A program made the translations under genes and the position numbers. A stretch of 36,039 nt of DNA from a virus, in the IMG/VR virus record IMGVR_UViG_3300045988_047146, one strand, 5' to 3'. Shown piece after piece: positions 34,614 to 36,039 of the stretch; positions within the stretch are counted from its first letter, which is position 1; each line of letters begins with the position of its first letter. The notes under the pieces are model-generated. The model was not told where the DNA came from and made no database searches. It saw nothing but the letters and a program-made list of their open reading frames with translations.

Positions 34614-34812
34614 TTTCGGAACCTCCTTCCAGGGTAGCGACCTTCGCTTCAAGGTCTTTCACTTGCTGATCGGCTTTCTTGTAGCGGTCGAACCAGTCGT
34701 TCGAACACTTCTTTTCATAGTCCAGATCGCTTTTCAGTTCAGCGTTTTCGATTAAAATATCCAGGACGAACGCCTTCACGGCGTCGGTGTCATAAAAATT
34801 CAGTTTAGCCAT
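34606..34812 (-). CDS. Small coiled-coil hypothetical protein
   Basis: 68 aa with an ATG start. Confidence 0.4.
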   Translation of the reverse strand: MAKLNFYDTDAVKAFVLDILIENAELKSDLDYEKKCSNDWFDRYKKADQQVKDLEAKVATLEGGSENE

Positions 34813-34999
34813 TGTTTTTCACTCCTTTTCGTGATATACTGTTCGTAGACTTTTTTGAAAGGGCCGTTTCGGTTGTTGTGGTGACGACGAAACGGTCTTT
34901 TTCTGTTTCTTCAATGGTGATCTTGCGTTCACCAAGCAGAAGAAGACTTTTGACGGCTTGTCCGACCTGGACGGCCGACAGTGTCGCAGTGTACTTCAT
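34805..34999 (-). CDS. Hypothetical small protein
   Basis: ATG at 34999 preceded by a perfect AAGGAGG ribosome-binding site. Confidence 0.45.
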   Translation of the reverse strand: MKYTATLSAVQVGQAVKSLLLLGERKITIEETEKDRFVVTTTTETALSKKSTNSISRKGVKNNG

Positions 35000-35240
35000 G
35001 TTTTGACCTCCTTTCCGTAGGATTTCGGAAGGCGCCACCTACAAAGGCGAAGCCGGTTCCAATGAACAGAAGGCCGAAGGTTCTGACCGTTCCTTCTACC
35101 AGGGACACCGCGTCGGTTTCTATGGCGCCGATCGTTCCCCAGGCAAAGAAGAAGGCAATAGCCGCCGCCAGGGCTGACGTCCTTCTGATCGCCAGACGGA
35201 TTCGGCGTCGTTTCCGCCTGGTTGCTCTGTCCGGTGTCAT
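34929..35240 (-). CDS. Small 2-transmembrane membrane protein
   Basis: Basic N-terminus followed by two hydrophobic helices. Ribosome-binding site AAAGGAGG. Overlaps the downstream gene by 71 nt. Confidence 0.4.
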   Translation of the reverse strand: MTPDRATRRKRRRIRLAIRRTSALAAAIAFFFAWGTIGAIETDAVSLVEGTVRTFGLLFIGTGFAFVGGAFRNPTERRSKHEVHCDTVGRPGRTSRQKSSSAW

Positions 35241-35497
35241 TTCTTGACCTCCTTTCTTTTCGGACCACTGCCGCGACGGCGAATGTTTTCCTGGTAGGTT
35301 CTTTGTGCCAGTACCGGATCATAGGCCGGTCGCTGGTTCTGATCCAGTTTCCCAGTCGCGCCGCGTTTCAGTTCGACATACAGTGTTCGAAGGGCGACGC
35401 CCACTTCGTCAGAAATGTCGGAAATGGACATTCCTTTCGCGTACAGGGCCGCGATTTTCTTTCTGTTGTCGAAGGTGATAGACTTATAAACTGCCAC
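35237..35497 (-). CDS. HTH DNA-binding protein (possible early regulator)
   Basis: 86 aa. Contains IAALYAKGMSISDISDEVGVALRTLY. GTG start. Confidence 0.45.
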   Translation of the reverse strand: MAVYKSITFDNRKKIAALYAKGMSISDISDEVGVALRTLYVELKRGATGKLDQNQRPAYDPVLAQRTYQENIRRRGSGPKRKEVKK

Positions 35498-35525
35498 GTT
35501 CTCACGCTCCTTTCTGCTTGCGGCC

Positions 35526-35798
35526 TTATAACCACGTATCGCCCTTGTCAGGATCGCCGTTGACCTGTTTAATGTTTGGGTCGAAGATTACGACGAAACG
35601 GTCTTCGTAAAACTTTTCAGAAATGACGGTTACTTCCCACAGGATATTCCAGTCTGTCAGTGTTCGGATCAGGTCCACAGCGAATTCCGCTTCCACGATT
35701 TCGCCGTCGGTGCTGACCAGAACTATATTCTTCGCTCTGCGTTTGTTAGTTGCGACGACGATTCTTTCAAGCATTTTTCTAATAGTCATTTTCTTCAT
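35526..35798 (-). CDS. First early gene, hypothetical
   Basis: Start re-set to the ATG at 35798 (MKKMTIRK) with ribosome-binding site GGAGGA. The longer ORF uses a GTG at 35873. Confidence 0.45.
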   Translation of the reverse strand: MKKMTIRKMLERIVVATNKRRAKNIVLVSTDGEIVEAEFAVDLIRTLTDWNILWEVTVISEKFYEDRFVVIFDPNIKQVNGDPDKGDTWL

Positions 35799-35899
35799 TT
35801 TTAGGGTCCTCCGTGGTAAAAAAATAAGTTGCGAAGGCTCATTTGAACCTTGCAACTTAATACTACTCCTCACAAAACTTTTGAAAGAAGAAAAAAGAA

Positions 35900-35928
35900 T
35901 TGACAGGAATATAATCCTGTGGTATCAT
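35900..35928 (+). promoter_or_regulatory. Near-consensus sigma-70 promoter (TTGACA-17-TGgTATCAT) facing the right tRNA copy
   Basis: TTGACA at 35900-35905, a 17-bp spacer, an extended -10 TGgTATCAT ending at 35928. Followed by the hairpin CCGCT-GAATA-AGCGG (35936-35950) and the tRNA at 35960. Confidence 0.5.
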
Positions 35929-35954
35929 AATTAAGCCGCTGAATAAGCGGTAGG

Positions 35955-36039
35955 AATATCGAGGCGTGGCTCAGCTTGGTAGAGCGCTACATTAGGGATG
36001 TAGAGGTCGCAGGTTCAAATCCTGTCGCCTCGATTTTTA
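35955..36039 (+). repeat. Right copy of the direct repeat (candidate attR)
   Basis: Identical to 1-85. Truncated by the window end. Confidence 0.8.
35960..36033 (+). tRNA. Second identical copy of the tRNA (probably tRNA-Pro)
   Basis: Same 74-nt sequence as 6-79. Confidence 0.75.

Larger units (their letters stand above)
1..36039. mobile_element. Integrated PBSX-like myovirus prophage flanked by direct repeats of at least 85 bp
   Basis: Contiguous minus-strand modules for replication, packaging, head, contractile tail and lysis. An identical repeat lies at both window edges (1-85 and 35955-36039), and each repeat contains a tRNA gene. Confidence 0.85.

Noticed and set aside
13502-34637. Long plus-strand ORFs (13502-14068, 17293-18117, 20348-21181, 28770-29714, 33462-34637)
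   Set aside because: All are antisense to well-supported minus-strand phage genes in GC-rich sequence. Their translations are Arg/Gly-rich and low-complexity.
35799-35873. GTG-initiated N-terminal extension of the first early gene
   Set aside because: The internal ATG at 35798 has a GGAGGA ribosome-binding site at ideal spacing. The extension lacks one.

Overview
This window is a complete integrated prophage, about 36 kb, of the PBSX-like contractile-tail (myovirus) type found in Firmicutes. It is bounded by an identical direct repeat of at least 85 bp (1-85 = 35955-36039), and each repeat contains a whole tRNA gene, so these are candidate attL/attR sites. Almost all genes run on the minus strand, right to left. 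The order is early/replication genes, a late-gene activator, terminase, portal, a MuF-like head protein, scaffold, capsid, connector, sheath, tube, a frameshifted tail chaperone, tape measure, baseplate and tail fiber, then a lysis cassette (XhlA, two holin-like proteins, an amidase with LysM). A small lysogeny region sits at the left edge: an XRE repressor, an RHH protein and an IS30-family DDE transposase that occupies the position where an integrase would be expected. No tyrosine or serine recombinase is present.

The most notable content is a diversity-generating retroelement (DGR) embedded in the tail-fiber region. It consists of an Avd-like gene, a 104-bp template repeat (TR, 7927-8030), a reverse transcriptase with DGR-type motifs, and a variable repeat (VR1) inside the adjacent fiber-like gene. 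A second, remote variable repeat (VR2) lies 22.8 kb away in a small standalone gene of the same domain family in the early region. VR1 differs from the TR at 14 positions and VR2 at 12 positions. All 18 distinct variable sites correspond to adenines on the TR coding strand, and there are no substitutions at other bases.

Other features are operator-like palindromes and repeats in the lysogeny switch, five tandem 10-bp repeats at the late promoter upstream of terminase, iteron-like repeats inside the replication-initiator gene, a -1 frameshift site in the tail chaperone, and a G9 tract inside a Dam-like methyltransferase gene.
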